Assembly: GCF_964188315.1 (NCBI RefSeq)
Contig: NC_135655.1
Coordinates: forward strand, 46,190,001-46,254,000
Reading direction: 5' to 3'
Length of the DNA: 64,000 nucleotides
DNA from: Podarcis muralis
Lineage: Eukaryota
Below the pieces are notes generated by a model. That model worked only from the letters and a program-made list of their open reading frames with translations, was not told the DNA's origin and ran no database searches. Positions 62,201 to 64,000 of this stretch are shown here, piece after piece (position 1 is the first letter of the stretch; each line of letters begins with the position of its first letter). A program made the position numbers and the translations under genes.

Positions 62201-63595
62201 CTACATAATTTTTTTTGGCACCCATCTTTAATTGAAGAGCAGTTTTACAAACTATAGAATGCAGGACGACACAGGAAAAGCACAAGTGTTTTGTGTTTCC
62301 TGTTCTTCTGTGTCATCCAGAATGGAGCTCGTGAGAGTTCCATTTTGGGCAATGGCGAAGAGCCCAAGAAACAGGAAGCACAAGGCATTTGGGCCTCCTG
62401 TTCCAAAAAAAATTATATAATCTCTGAAAATGCTAAGTGCTCTGTTAAAGGAAGGTGTAAGGATCACTGTGCCAGTCAAACAGCCAAAACTGGAATTGCC
62501 CCAGTACAGCCACACACCCTGCACTGGTTTAGCATCTCAAGACACTTCCTCTGAATAGAAACAGTACAAATAATTCAGCTGCAGTGAGAAAGAGATGGGA
62601 CAATACAGGTGTGCCATGAAATCTAGGTGTGAGCAGGTGGAATAGCACAACAGGATTCAAGAGCAACAACATTAAGTACAATCTAAAAAGGACAAAAACC
62701 CACCTTAAGCTGGTTCACATATACATTTATATTTGATCAGCACATCTCGAGATACTACAGTTAAACACATACACACAGAATCACATCATCAGTTCACCAC
62801 TAATACAAATCTCCCCTAGATGTCCACAGATATGTCAAAAGGAAGGGAACAGTGAAAGTGCACTGAAGTCTGAAAGGGAGACTCAGAACTTTTCAGAAGT
62901 ACGCATTGGCATGCTGCATATTAAAGCATAGTTTGCTTTTAACTATAGTTCAATGTGATGTGCAAACCAGGCCCATGAATGTCTACAAACTTTTGCTTGG
63001 TATCAAAAAGGCATAAAAAGCCAGTCCATAAAACAATCTAAGCCACACAAAATATCCTGAAGAAATAGAGGGGAAATTTGTTTACCACTCATAACATGCC
63101 CTATGTGGGTTTGCCAGACGGGACATGATAACAATAAAACCAAATCTAAAGGGGGATTAAGTGTATTATTCTAAAATAGCTTGGTGTCTGCAATGCAAGC
63201 AAAAAGAAAAAATCCTGAATGACTTTTTTGGCCTGTCTTTCAGCTGAAGGCAGATGTTCAGCACACATAGCATCTGTTAACTAGCCCAAGGTTGGTGCCT
63301 CTCTCATAGCTGTCTCATTAAGTTCTGCTGTGCCTGCTCCATGTCATAAGGATACCTAGGGGACATTTATGAATGGGGGAAGGGTGCTTATTGTCCCAAA
63401 AATTAGGGCTCCTCCATACACGTTTGCATGTTCATAATCCTTTTACATGTTTTTACATTTTTTAATGTTTTTATTTTCTTTTTAATAGTTTTGTTTTATC
63501 ACTTTGTTGCTTGTCACCCTGGGCTCCTTTTGGAGGAAAGGCAAAACAGAAATTTAAAACAACAACAATAATACATCTGTACAGACAAATATAAT

Positions 63596-63943
63596 GTAAA
63601 GGACCCCTGGAAAGTTAAGTCCAGTCGAAGGTGACTATGGGGTGCAGCGGTCATCTCACTTCAGGCTGAGGGAGCCGGCGTTTGTCCACAGACAGCTTTC
63701 CAGGTAATGTGGCCAGCATGATTAAAACGCAATGGAACACCATGATGGAAGCCAGAGCGCACAGAAATGCCGTTTACCTTTCCACCACAGAAGTACCTAA
63801 TTATCTACTTTCAAACTGCTAGGTTGGCAGAAGCTGGGACAGAGCAACGGGAGCTCACCCTGTCGCGCAGATTTGAACCGCCAACCTTCCAATCAGCAAG
63901 CCCAAGAGGCTCAGTGGTTTAGACTACAGCACCACCTGCTCCC
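63596..63943 (-). mobile_element. Older, diverged Sauria SINE
   Basis: gtaaaggacccctg tail; core ttatctac...aactgctaggttggcagaagctgggac...gagctcaccc; head ggtttagactacagcaccacc. Confidence 0.85.
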
Positions 63944-64000
63944 TCACAAACATCATATACACATGTGACAAATGTATTGTGCAGATATGCAGAAGAGAAC

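Overview
Vertebrate (squamate, most likely lacertid lizard) genomic DNA, identified by Sauria SINE, Squam3-like SINE, BovB and CR1 content. The only recognisable host coding sequence is the large first coding exon of SIPA1L1 (SPAR/E6TP1, a Rap GAP) on the minus strand: exon 1192-3039, ATG at 2680, GT donor at 1191/1190. Bases 1-1191 are the next intron; 3040-64000 is inferred to be upstream 5'UTR intron packed with transposon relics. These include SINEs, CR1/L1/L2/RTE/RTE-X LINE fragments, and Tigger-, Tc2- and hAT-type MITEs. Four items stand out. (1) A 36-nt U2 snRNA 5' fragment inserted with an 11-bp target-site duplication, in sense orientation, inside the SIPA1L1 5'UTR exon. (2) A 2.2-kb non-autonomous Tc2-type DNA transposon carrying a 14 x 102-bp CpG-rich array of long palindromes whose loops have flipped orientation in two copies, plus a second palindromic ~90-bp array. 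A 311-bp sibling element has different palindromic cargo. (3) A frameshifted fossil of an XPG/FEN1-like nuclease-encoding (AcademX-like) DNA transposon split by nested insertions. (4) A uORF-dense 5'UTR. Family names come from recalled motifs, not database searches. Almost all other ORF-track entries are spurious.
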